Below are positions 1-11,670 of a stretch of 64,000 nucleotides of DNA, piece by piece. The translations under genes and the position numbers were made by a program. The stretch covers positions 1-64,000 of the forward strand of contig JAQFVV010000003.1 in NCBI GenBank assembly GCA_028023455.1. The letters are read 5' to 3'. The stretch is from Epiperipatus broadwayi. Taxonomy: Eukaryota > Animalia > Onychophora. The notes under the pieces were generated by a model, which did no database searches, was not told the DNA's origin, and saw only the letters and a list, made by a program, of their open reading frames with translations. The first letter of the stretch is position 1; every line of letters starts with the position of its first letter.

Positions 1-1
1 A

Positions 2-1051
2 GTCATACCCAAGAGCTTAAGAATGCGCTTAATAAATTATGTACATAGGACATATGGACACTATGGCGCACTTAAAGTGAATAAAATTTTACAGAGGTGG
101 TATTATTGGCCAAATATGTATAGGTCGATTATTAATACACTTCAGATGTGCCATGGATGCAGACAAAATAAACCGGCGAATAAAAATTATGCGGGAATAT
201 TGACTCCTATTATAGCCCAAAACCCAAATGAATTGTTGGCCATCGATTTTTATGGCCCATTACCTTCGTTTCATCGATATAAATATATCTTGGTGACGTT
301 CGATGTGTTTTTGAAGCTGGTACAGGCTTATCCATTGCACAAAGCCGATACAAAAAATTCTATTGCTGTGTTAAAGAAGAAACAATTCGTTCAGGTGGGA
401 AGACCACGTGCAATTTTGAGTGACCATGGGATGCCATTTATATCCAGGGAATGGAAAAGTTGGATAAAACAGGAAAACATACACCATATCTTAACCTCTA
501 TAAGAAATCCCCAATCTAACCCATGTGAAAGGGTTATGAAGGAATTGGGAAACTTATTTCGGGCACATTTGAAGGAAAATCATAAACATTGGGTGAAAGT
601 ACTTCCTCAAATAGTGAAAATTATTAATTGCACGTACCACGAGTCTACGGGGTTTGCCCCTGAATGATTACATTACGGCCATCTGGAACCTTCTCTTTTC
701 AAGTGTCGTTTGCCCCCCGAGAATTAAACAGTAGACATAGTGAAGGATCGAAGTTGCGCCAGAGAGAGATTAAAAAAAAAAGCTGAACAGCGAAAGAAAA
801 GAGGGAATAATAGTCCAGTACATTTTAAGATAGGAGATTGGGTTTATGTCAAAACCCAGCCTGTGAGTAAAATGAGCGAGAAGCAATATAAGAAATTTTT
901 CCCTTTATTTGAAGGTCCGTACAAAATCATTCAAAAATGCGGCCCCAATGCATTCATGATTCTAGGAAAGAAAGGTAAGAAGGGAGCGTATAACGCAAGA
1001 TCTTTAAAACCTTGTAAGGGGGAAGGGGACAAGTCACCGCGGGGCAATTAA
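2..1051 (+). pseudogene. Gypsy pol C-terminus (integrase: HHCC zinc finger, DDE core, GPY/F module) with two in-frame stops
   Basis: H..YGHYG...CHGC, AIDFYGPLP, ILSDHG, NPCERVMKE and FEGPYKI are all in one frame. Stops are TGA 665-667 and TAA 725-727. The frame is open to the window edge (VIPKSLRM...). Confidence 0.92.
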
Positions 1052-1090
1052 AGTTTTTTTTTATTGTGTTTTTTATGACAAATGGGGCAA

Positions 1091-2718
1091 TGAGCTGATA
1101 TTTTAAGTCAGTTCATATATATATAAGCTCACATATTTATAATTTGTCATAAATATTTTGAAGTTAAATAGTTTGTAAAATGAAAAAAAGAATTAATTAA
1201 CAAATGGTTTTGATTTAATGGAAAGAGTAAAAATTTTGAACTTTTATTTTAAAATAAACAAATAAAATTGAATATAATTTATTAAAAGAAAAAAAAAATG
1301 TTAAAAGTGTTTAATTAAAAGGGAGAAAAATTCGAGAGATAAAAGGGTGGGGAAAAGAAAACAAAATTAGATTCTTGGTAGTAACTATACTCTATTGTTG
1401 AAACTTTCACAAAGTAAAAATATTTGGTTAGTAATTGCTATTACGCTAATTAAAAAAAAAAAAAAAGATAAGAAAGAGTGGAGATAAGATCGCTTTGAGG
1501 AGTTAGATCAGTTGACTTGACTTTTAGAGACCAGCAAGGACAATAAAGAAAGCAGCTGTGTTTCGAACAACAAAAATTATTATTATTGAAATTTAATTTT
1601 TGCGGACTCTTGTCAAATGTATAGCGGCTAAAGTTATCACAACCTTCCCCTTTGGGGAATTGACCGCCACTCCATCTGAATGAAGCTATCGAGAGAGTTA
1701 TGGAATGGAAGAAACGGATATTGCTAGCCGGACAACCAAAGGAACACTCATGGAATTCGCATGTACAAGGACAAAGGCACGACCAATGGAATGTAAAACC
1801 TATGAAAGTCAGGCCACTCCGCTCTGATCGATCAGGGTAATTATAAACTTTTAATTAATGAAAACTCTAAGTAAAGCATAATAGAACTTTATCTTTAATT
1901 TAATTTTCATTTATTATGTGTATTACGAATGTTTCAACAATAGAGAGGGGAAATAAATTTGTTTAATATTGCAATTTATTAATGTTAATTTTCGTTCAAT
2001 ATTTTTTTATGAAATATTGGAATAACTGTATTTAAATTATTTAATATCTATTCGATCTAGAGAGTAACAACAGGGTGGGGGTATAAAAGTGTGTCGCCAA
2101 GTAACAGAGAACCTTGGGGCATTACTCGTTTGTTAGTAGAAAATAAGGAAAGAATTGAAAGTATAAGAAAACGAAAGACACTTATACGTTCATTGTAAGA
2201 TTTTTGCAATTTATTTATTTACCAAAGAAAGTGGAGTTTAAAAATAAACTTCGGGAAAGATTAAAAATACTATAAGTCGTCTTATATACACGTCTGCTAG
2301 AATTCACAGTATTAGTGTAGGCGCGAGTAAATCTATGGTAAATATTTGGGAAGCATAATTAGAAAGTAAACAGAGGGAAAATCAGAAATTGTAAGTCAGT
2401 TCTTTCTGGATCGGAAAGAATTATAAGGTTATTAATAATAAATAGTAGTAAAAGAAATTAAAAGTTTTTTTTTTTGTCCAACGTATTCTTGAATTCTTGA
2501 ATTATTTATAATAATTAGTGTTCTTAAAGGAAAACCCCTGTGAGATTATAATCAAAGTTTATAATCAGTGAATCGTCGTTCGAAAATAAATAAAGACCAG
2601 GTTTATGTAAAGTTACGTGACCAGGTTCCAAGAGAGAAATCCTTGGTGGCGCCCTCAACGACGATTCTAATAACTAAAATTCAGTTAGTAGGGGAAGAAA
2701 GAAAGATGTCGTGTCACA
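1091..2718 (+). repeat. Probable 3' LTR of the Gypsy element (~1.6 kb)
   Basis: Starts TG right after a PPT-like tract and ends ...tgtcaca. Contains TATAAAA (~2082) and AATAAA motifs. There is no second LTR in the window to confirm it. An alternative PPT lies at 1016-1028. Confidence 0.5.
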
Positions 2719-2767
2719 ATATGTACAATGTTTCAAGAGATATTATTCTCCTCTCTTCTTCAGTTGT

Positions 2768-2863
2768 TGCTGGCCTGACCAGTGACAGTACTAGCATGGG
2801 ATTCGAACCTGGATCCTTAGATTCTTGATTATTGAAATTTGATGTAACTCTCTAACTGAGCCA
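2768..2863 (-). mobile_element. tRNA-derived SINE head
   Basis: Minus strand has A-box-like tggctcagttagagag (2863-2848) and B-box ggttcgaatccc (2809-2798). There is no complete cloverleaf. Confidence 0.65.
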
Positions 2864-3974
2864 ATATACAAAAAAATTTGGATTTAAACCAATCAAAAAA
2901 ATAATATGGATTTAAGAGTGTTAGTAGCACAATGGATCACACCCAAGTATTGAGAGAATTTATGGAAAAAATTGATAACTATGATCACCATTATGATTTG
3001 GATTTATAGAATATGAAAAGGCATTTGGTTCTATAAGCATTTTTATAGAATTTAAAGTTTTGAATCTTTAAGATAAAGACCCAAGATATTGTCATTCTGA
3101 AGAATTATGTGGTATCACCAAGATTAACCTAAAAATAATTTTGAAATTAGATTTTCTGATTTTTATAAAATTCTGCTAATTCCTTCATTCATTTAAAATC
3201 CATTTGTTCATATTAATAAGTATAAAATATGACAACAGATTGCAAGTAAGATAAATAAAAATGCCACTAATTTAAAAATAGAATAATTGCTTTTCAATCT
3301 GATCTACAATTAAAAACAAGTATTACAGAGTTTTGGTTACTTGTAGATGAGAAAAAAATAACTATTCTTAAAATAAACTTTTCAACAGTTAAACTTCTGT
3401 TTTGGATCAACACAGCTTTTTAAAAGTGGATTTTCAACAATGAACTTTTTAAAATCCAAAGTTCAGATCCAGGATAATAAATAAACAACTGAATGACTGC
3501 ATGACTTTAGCTATAACATCACATCTGCCTGAAATGCAACAAACTAGTGGAAGATATGTAGTGCCAGTTTTAAATTAAAATGTTTTTTCTGTATTTTAAT
3601 TTATATTTAAATCCATAATAAATAGAAGTATAAGAGTATATTTTCTTTAACATATTACAAATTTTTATTATTTGTGCATCAAATACATTTAAAATTAAAA
3701 CATTAAAAGTGCTATATTTATTTGTGGTTTGCTTACAATTTTTAAATTCTAAATTGACTGATGGTAAGTTAAAGGTTGGGCATCACTGCAGAAAATTGTT
3801 TAACTGTCAATCATAATAAATTGAGGGGTATTCTATTTTTTTTATATAAATACTTTTCACAGTTACTTCCTATCAGTATTTATAATGAATATATTGTTCA
3901 TTCTAGTAGTAGTTGAATTTGTAATAATATCAATTTAGTTGATAACTATTTTTATTTAGATGTTTTCATTTATA

Positions 3975-4132
3975 CAGAGGCTAAACTCTCCATACAGTAG
4001 CATCACTCAATCCAAGCCAGAATAACCAATGGATGCAGGAAGGTTTGTGCATAAATTTCTATCTACTGCCTACTCATCCAATATCACCAGACTAGTTTCT
4101 AGCTTGGACTTTCATCTAGTGATCATGTGATG
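3975..4132 (+). mobile_element. Fragment of dispersed SINE-like family A
   Basis: aaactctccatacagta ... gtgcataaa ... tgcctactcatccaatatc.ccagactagtttct is shared with 25500-25625 and partly with 29900-29920. Confidence 0.7.
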
Positions 4133-4815
4133 TTTAATGTTTTCTGGTTACATTGGACAAGTCATATAGTTTATTTATGTTCTCAGTTACATAAGATTAT
4201 TTATTTGTTTTATTATTTAACGAAATTCTTGTCTAGATTTACTTTGATGACTAATTTTATATTGCTTGTTATCAAAGTATATTGTGTTATAATTTCTGTA
4301 TTTGGAGTGGTTGTACTATTATGTACTTTACAAAATTATACCATGAGTATTATTTTTGGTTGTCTAAGATTGACTTCTGAACATGAATGACATTTATGAT
4401 AATTCTTGAGTATTGTCTATTATTAACTTTTATAAATATAGAATGGTTATTAATATTGATTATTTCTTTTTATATCATAAAGTTCTTATTTTAAATACTT
4501 CATTAGCTAAGAATTTTCAGTTGACATTGCCAGATTTTTATTTGAAAGTAGTCATAAGCAATTTAGTTACAATTGTGTTAGACTATTTAATTCTTTTGTT
4601 GCTAATTATTTAATAGCTACTTCCCGGAAGTGACAATCTAAGCAGATCGTTCAACATTAAAATACTAAATTATTATAGTTTTGAAACTTTTTTTTACCTA
4701 AGGAGAGGTGGAAATGATCAGGTAAGCATTTATCTTTTGTGTTTATTAACTAAAACTCATAATGGATAGGGCATTTAATTTTCCTGATTAGGAAATACTG
4801 AAGCCTAACAGAATT

Positions 4816-6938
4816 ATGAGATCTCGTAGCAACCATAACGTTAGAAAGGTATTTGATATGTTTAACACGAACTCTCAAAAAGAAACAATAGTAAACACTT
4901 CCAGTCAAACCAATCAAGCCAACATCTTCCGTAACGAAACCTTGTTAAGCCAAATGATCGACAAAGAATTGACATTACAAGATCCCTTTGGACATATAAA
5001 TAAAAATGCAAAGCCTCAATCGCTTTCCGACAACTTTACATTGTTTCAACAAAGTATACAAAAAAATATAAACTCGTTTTTCAATATGATAAACCGTGAT
5101 CGAAGTTACAGTCAAGCACTAAACGTACAAAAACCTTATTTACTAGAATTCCCCAATCTTAAACCCAATTCCAACATAGAAAGTTTACAATTCTGTAATA
5201 ACACAATGTTAAACCATAATATAAGTTTTAACAGTCAATTACAAAATACATTAAGTCCAACAATTCAGGCAAGCGATCAATCATATGCAACAGCACTTAG
5301 CAAAAACAAAACTAAAACTACAAGTATAATAACAGGTGAATCTACCACACAATCAAACATCCTCGATTTTATGGAGATGAATATTTCAACAATAATGAAC
5401 ATAGACCTCTAGCATTTCCACAAAACTCACAAACCACCATGAATAATTATCATGAGATAAGCGAGGAATTCAATTCCAGAATACCTCCACTTTTGTTAAA
5501 CTCTTTCTTACATTACCATAGTGATCTTACTATGATATTAACCACTTCTAATGATTACTGCAACTTGTTCACATTCCCCACAGATGACTTTTTTGAGCTC
5601 ATCAAAAGTCAACAATTAACTGATTTAGTAAAGAGAATATATCACCATCCGAACAAAAGATATTTAGTAATAGAGTTTTACAATATATTACAAAAAGAAC
5701 AATTTAAAAGAAACCAACTTTACCTCAAAAATAGATATCTCATAAAGATAGTCATGAACAAACCCAGAATTATTCATGGATTAGCATGAAATTGCTATTT
5801 AAATTTTAATCAAAATGACCTCCAACGACTTCTAGATAAATTTGGAAATATCACAAATTTCAAATTCATAACAGAAAAGAGAGCAGGCATTGAACTGACC
5901 TCAAACAGCACAGCCTTCTTGCTTAAACTAAACCCAGATTATGCTCCACTAGACATTCCGGTTACATTAGATGAGGCAAAACTTCCAATTTTCATCTCGA
6001 TTCGAGGTGTGCAGCCTCAGTGTTTCAGCTGTGGGGAACATACCTTCTAAAGGCATGTCCAAAAGGAACATGTGCTCACTGCAATTTAAAGATGTCCAGA
6101 AATCATAAATGTCCACAAAAAACATTAAACCCTCAATTCAATTCAACAGACAACTAATACAAGTGATAATAAACAAAATCAAGTCAATGAAGACAGTATT
6201 GAAATCTTGTAAACATTAACAGATGCCATAACTCAAGAGAAAACAAAAGAAGGCTGTGTGTACAGTATTACATTACAATATATACACACAGCTTCTGAAA
6301 ACCATTCAACACTGGATCAAAACAGGAAATAGTAGAAAAACATACACATCAAGTACAACAAACAATAATTAAGCAACAAATACCAATACGATCATCTCTA
6401 CAAACTAATCCGAAAGGTGAAATAATACCAAATAACAAAAAGAAAACACAAAATTCTTCTGAATCGCAGCATGAAGAAACAACCAACTCAACTGCAGAAT
6501 CTGATCTTGATATCAACTACTCTCAAAACTCTTCAAACAAACCATCCTAAAATAGAAGTAGGCAAGAAAAGAAGAGATCAAAAAGAAATAAGTCTCAGAA
6601 CAGCTCAACAGAGAACCTATCTACAGATTCACTAAGTACAGCATCTCAAAAAGACAAAACGGTCCAACTCAAATACAAATACTCAAAACAAAGCACTAGA
6701 TCAAGGTCAAACAAAAACAACAGTATCAAATTGCTTGACAGAGAACCAATCTACAGATTCACTAAGTACAGCATCTCAAAAAGATAACATGGTTAACTCA
6801 AATACAAATTCTCAAAACAAAGCACTAGATCAAGGTCAAACAATAACAATGGTAACAAATTGGGATATTCTGACTCAAACAGCATAAGTACTTGAGGATC
6901 AACTAATCTCATTGGATGATGAGTTCTCAGAAGAATAA
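4816..6938 (+). pseudogene. L1 #1 ORF1 (RRM-like region + CCHC knuckles), broken by stops and frameshifts
   Basis: Segments IEFYNILQ...LLDKFGNI and QCFSCGEH/LLKACPKGTCAHCNLKMSRNHKC align by eye with ORF1 of L1 #2. Ends DEFSEE* at 6938. Confidence 0.8.
6609..6862 (+). repeat. Diverged 130-bp tandem duplication in the ORF1 C-terminal region
   Basis: cagagaacc.atctacagattcactaagtacagcatctcaaaaaga starts at 6609 and at 6739. Confidence 0.9.
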
Positions 6939-6969
6939 AGCAATCTCCACACTTATACAGAATCAAATA

Positions 6970-9900
6970 ATGCATATAAAATTTGCTGGAATTAATGTGA
7001 GGGGGCTCAACTCACTGGATCAGGTACATGCAATCAACAACTGGTTGAACAAATCAAACTTACACATTGTATGTTTCTCCGAGACCAAGTTACATTTTCA
7101 GTCCAATATTAAAATACAGCAATTAATGCAGCAACTTGGATATTTTCATAATTCTATCTTTGAATACTGCTTCTTCTGGAGTGGCTTTCCTAATCAATAA
7201 AAATCTGGAACATCAGCAATTAAGAACTCTTCACATTAGCAAAGAACTTCTATTTATTAACATTACCATTAATAATAACCCCATAAACATAATTTACCTT
7301 TATCTCAAGAATGATACTAATCTAATTCATTCAGTGATTAATAAAATCAACACCCTGCTTTCATCCAATAAGTCAGCCTCAATCTGCTTTGGGGATTTTA
7401 ACATGACCTATCATCAGTTTACTAACAAATATCTTCATTTATTCAACAAAGTTATGCTATGTGGAGAAGGTTTCTTTCCTCCTCAATCATTCTCATTTTA
7501 CACACAACACAAGCAATCGCTAATTGATCTTCTCTTTTATTCCCCCGAACTTCATTATAACCTGCATACCAAGCTGCAATTAGTGCCTTTCTCAGACCAC
7601 CTTGCTATAAAAATCTCGCTACAACTAGACACCAACATGATAAGTCTTTCAGACCACAAAAAAAAACTATAAGACTTTTGAACAATGCCACAACACCGGG
7701 ATGGTTATTCTCAGAAGCATATATCTTTCTAAATAAAATACAAGTACTCACTTTGCCACCTGTGCAAGCATGGTCTGCTTTTGTAGGAATCTTGAGCACT
7801 CTCATTAACTTTCACACAAAAAGATCTAAGGGATCAAATCAACTTCTAAAAGAACTTGATTCAATTAGTAATAGGCTAAGTTTACTACCTCTCTCAACTT
7901 CTAAAAGAACTTGATTCAATTAGTAATAGGCTAAGTTTACTACCTCTCTCAAGTACCAAAATTCAAAAAATACTAGAATTAAAAACTCAATATCATGAAA
8001 AACAAAAAGCTCTAGCTCAATACATTGCTACAAAGAGATCCAAAATCTTTTTGGCAAATAGTCATAACTGGACTAGAAGCTACATTCGATGGGCACTTGA
8101 ATCGGCTGCTAGACCAACACATCTATGATTATCATTAACAGCAAGTACTATAGTGGACCAGAAATGTTAGAGAGAATTCACTCTCATTTCAAAACAAAGT
8201 TGCAAAACAATACTTTTCAAACAGGAAACATATGGAATCATACCACAACCAATCACAACATAAATGAAGCCCAAATATTGCATAAGCTACAGGCATTTTC
8301 TGAAAGCACTCATCCGGGCCTTCACACAATCCCAAAAATTTGTACTATTACACCTTAGTCACTACACAATCACCATAATCAAAAACATGATTGACATGCT
8401 GGCCGATGACTTTCAGAACATTCCAGATTTGTACCCAGTGGCACTGGTCTCTTTTTTTAAAAAAACAAGAAAATCCATCTAGTCTCAACAATATACGACC
8501 TATTTCCATGATTCTGTTGCTAATTAAGACAATTGAATCCTTAGTTAAGGACCGGAAACAACCCCAACTCTACTCACATATTTCATCTTTTCAATTTGCC
8601 CGAAAAGGATCATCAACCATTCATGCAGTTCAGCGCTTTCTTTTACTAACTGAACACGTCAGACAAACCAATAAATCAAGGCCACTGGCCTTACAACTGG
8701 ACTTCTCTTCAGTGTTTGACTCAGTAATACCATCCATACTGTTCCAGATGATGCAGGAGTATCAGGTGCCTGACGTGTACATTAGAATAATAGCAAACCT
8801 TTTACTAAATCGTTCCATATTTACTTCTTTAGATGGAAGGTTGTCTGCAGGTTTTAGACCTCACATCTCAATTCCATGGGTTCTCCTCTAGCATCACTAT
8901 GTTTTATAACTTACATCACCCAATGCTCAAGGACATAGAGAATATCTTGCCAGGCATTTACGTTCCCACCATCAAAAAACAAATCAATCACATCTCCTAT
9001 GTGGATGATGTTACCATTTTTCTTCCCAGCAAAGCTTATCTTCCAACACTCTTCACACTTATTGACAAGTATGCCAAAATATTAAACTTACAAATTAACA
9101 ATAGCAAATCTTCCATCTGGAGAATTAAAACAGAAACAGGAACAACAATTCCATCCAGATTCACAGCCAAGCCACAGCTTTTTTTAGAATTCCCCATGGC
9201 AAAAACAAAAACTATCATGACTAGAGAAATTCAAAATTCAATCCTTCAAAAAACCAATAAAACAATCAACACTCTAGTATTTCACTTTCAATTCCTGGTA
9301 AAATCACACTCCTTAACATGCTAGTGTTTTCAAGACTCAATTACTATCTACCAATCATCAAGCCTACTAAAATCTTCGGTAAACAAATAGGCTCATTATG
9401 TACTAAGCTATTGTGGAAAAGGAAGTTTGTGGCCATAAGCTTGGCAAAGGCCCAAATGCCTAGAGAACTGAATAGTCTTGGTCCACACTCGGTTGCTACA
9501 TTATACTTGCAAAAATCACTAAACCTGCTACACAACCATTCACTGGAAATGGACTATACAAATTTAATTCAAGAATTTCAACCTACTGATATGCCACCTC
9601 CCCATAGTAAAGGATGGTTGACTGACATCTGGACACATGTCAATAGCTGTATTAACTTAACTCCAAACATCTTCAATGAAAAAAAATTCCTACTGGGAAC
9701 CTTATAGGCTAAAGAAAAATTGTCCCTCAGCTCGTCATAATGCTCTTGGATTAAACAACAAATTATTGATCAAAAAAGCCAAACATTGGTTTCTAGAACC
9801 CAAATTTATTGATTTTCTTCTGAAATTAAACCTCTCATCACTACCCACTAATCAGATCCTCGGTTTTAACAATATTAGCTCTCAATATTAACTCTGTCAG

Positions 9901-10238
9901 AGGGATGGGGAAACAATTCAACACATTTTCCTAGATTGTCCATCACTCAGCATTCTTGGGTCTTTCATTGATGAAAAGGTAAAATGCTATTTTACAGACA
10001 CATTCTTAATCCAGCAAGCAATTAAAGCTGGCAATTTTGCTAACACATTAGATTAGCAATTTTCCTATCCTTTGCCATCTGGTTAATGAGATGCAGTTTT
10101 GTTCTGGGCAATGCGAACACCAGTACCCTTCAAGTATTTAAAACACTCATCAAGGTTAATATCATCAGAGATAAAATGCTTGCTCTGGATTGGCTGTATC
10201 AACCAACCTGGGCTGGCAGCTCCATGCTAGTGCACTGA
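6970..10238 (+). pseudogene. L1 #1 ORF2 (APE endonuclease, reverse transcriptase, C-terminal CCHC), multiple frameshifts and stops
   Basis: GINVRGLN, FSETK, SSGVAFL, GDFN, IDLL, FSDH, IRPISM, LQLDFSSVFD, SYVDD and CQRDGETIQHIFLDC occur in the expected order. Confidence 0.93.
7839..7948 (+). repeat. Perfect 55-bp tandem duplication in L1 #1 ORF2
   Basis: tcaacttctaaaagaacttgattcaattagtaataggctaagtttactacctctc occurs at 7839-7893 and 7894-7948. Confidence 0.97.
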
Positions 10239-11320
10239 TTATTGCAAAGATATTAATGATCAAATATGAATCTCGCCTCATCAATGCAATACCAAAATGA
10301 GCTCAGTCATATATATGGGAACTCTACCATACTATCTAAAGACTACCAATTAGTGGACTGATCACACCATCTAGCTCAACAATAAAAGTTAACAAATTTA
10401 ATCACAAACTGAATTGCTTAACTTATAAGAAAGTGACGGACAGATCTCGGTATGCTTGGGCACAGACTGATGGATTGGGAGTGAATCAATGACCTTGTCA
10501 GTGTTCTCCCAGCCCACTTAGCCTCTGCTTCGCATCTTGACTTTGAACCTATACTCATTATAAATTTGGACGTGCCTTTCAATGCTCAATGAGGCATACA
10601 TAATTGTTCAACTGGGACAAAGTATGGACCAATCTAGAATACTACTGAAGCATTGATCCAACATTCATGTATATATCCACTTCTCATTTAGCTATGGACA
10701 TTGCTTGGTATTCATGTAATCATCATTGTATAAATCATTTAAATAAATCGTTATTTTATAAAATAAAATAAAAACTATTTAATAGCTGTTAATCATTTAT
10801 CATTTTATATATTTAAAAAATATTTGAATGTTTGGTTATTCTATTATCTGTAACAATATTATTATTGTTGTTTTAGCATTTATATGCATTGTGCATGATT
10901 AATATATATATATACTTTGATTCTTTTGTGTGTGTATAATTAATTTTTATATCTATATCCTATATTTATAATTTGTTTGTATTAATCTTTATAAGTTATT
11001 CTCTAGATGTTATTTTTGGATGATTAATGTATATACTTAGCTTTTTTATTTTGCAATAATTTTTGAATATAATAACTTTTATGAAAAATTTCTCACACAA
11101 GTTCTGCTTCTTTGGAGTTATTCTAGTTTTATATAATTTGCTCAATAAATAAATAGTAAATACTAATTATTATTATTATTATTATGAATAAAACATTATT
11201 TTATTTTTAAGGCATACAAAACAAATTATTTCTATATAAAACATATTTTTTATTTAGTAAATAATTTGACAGTGAAATTGATATTGACTAATTTTGCTTT
11301 GTTGACATTTTATATTTTTA

Positions 11321-11435
11321 GAATTTTACCTTGTTATGATTTTAAGCAGATAGGATTTTACCTGTTGGAGTTTTAGTTGCTGGAATTTTAGATTGATGTA
11401 TTTTCACTGTTAGGATTTTAGCTGTCAAAATTTGG
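11321..11435. repeat. Degenerate ~15-bp tandem array (ggattttacctgtt-like, about 7 units)
   Basis: Units start near 11321, 11337, 11353, 11367, 11382, 11398 and 11413. Confidence 0.6.
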
Positions 11436-11563
11436 GGAACTTGAAAAAAAAATTAAATTTATTTGGAGCAAAAGAAAATGCCCAGATTTTTATCCAGTAG
11501 AGATTTAAAGCCAGTTTATGGCAAGTGGATATGCTATTCATTATACCAAAATGATTCTATAGT

Positions 11564-11670
11564 ACAATGATACAATATACACATATATATATATATATAC
11601 ATATTAACAAATTTATACACAATGATACAATATACACATATATATATATATATACATATTAACAAATTTA
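11564..11670. repeat. Direct duplication of a 52-bp (TA)n-containing unit, period 55
   Basis: acaatgatacaatatacacatatatatatatatatacatattaacaaattta occurs at 11564-11615 and 11619-11670. Confidence 0.95.

Larger units (their letters stand above)
1..2718 (+). mobile_element. Ty3/Gypsy LTR retrotransposon, 3' part (integrase + probable 3' LTR); continues left of the window
   Basis: Integrase frame at 2-1051, then a T-run and purine-rich aaatggggcaa (1080-1090) followed by TG at 1091. Relatively CpG-rich sequence runs to gtgtcaca (2718). The right boundary is inferred. Confidence 0.85.
4619..10775 (+). mobile_element. Full-length L1/Tx1-type non-LTR retrotransposon #1 (6157 bp, inactivated)
   Basis: Flanked by an exact 12-bp TSD tatttaatagct (4607-4618 and 10776-10787). 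Has ORF1, ORF2 and a ~540-bp 3' UTR ending in an (ataaa)n-like tail. Confidence 0.92.

Noticed and set aside
2768-2863. Possible tRNA gene
   Set aside because: A and B boxes are present, but there is no acceptor or anticodon stem pairing. Treated as a SINE head.
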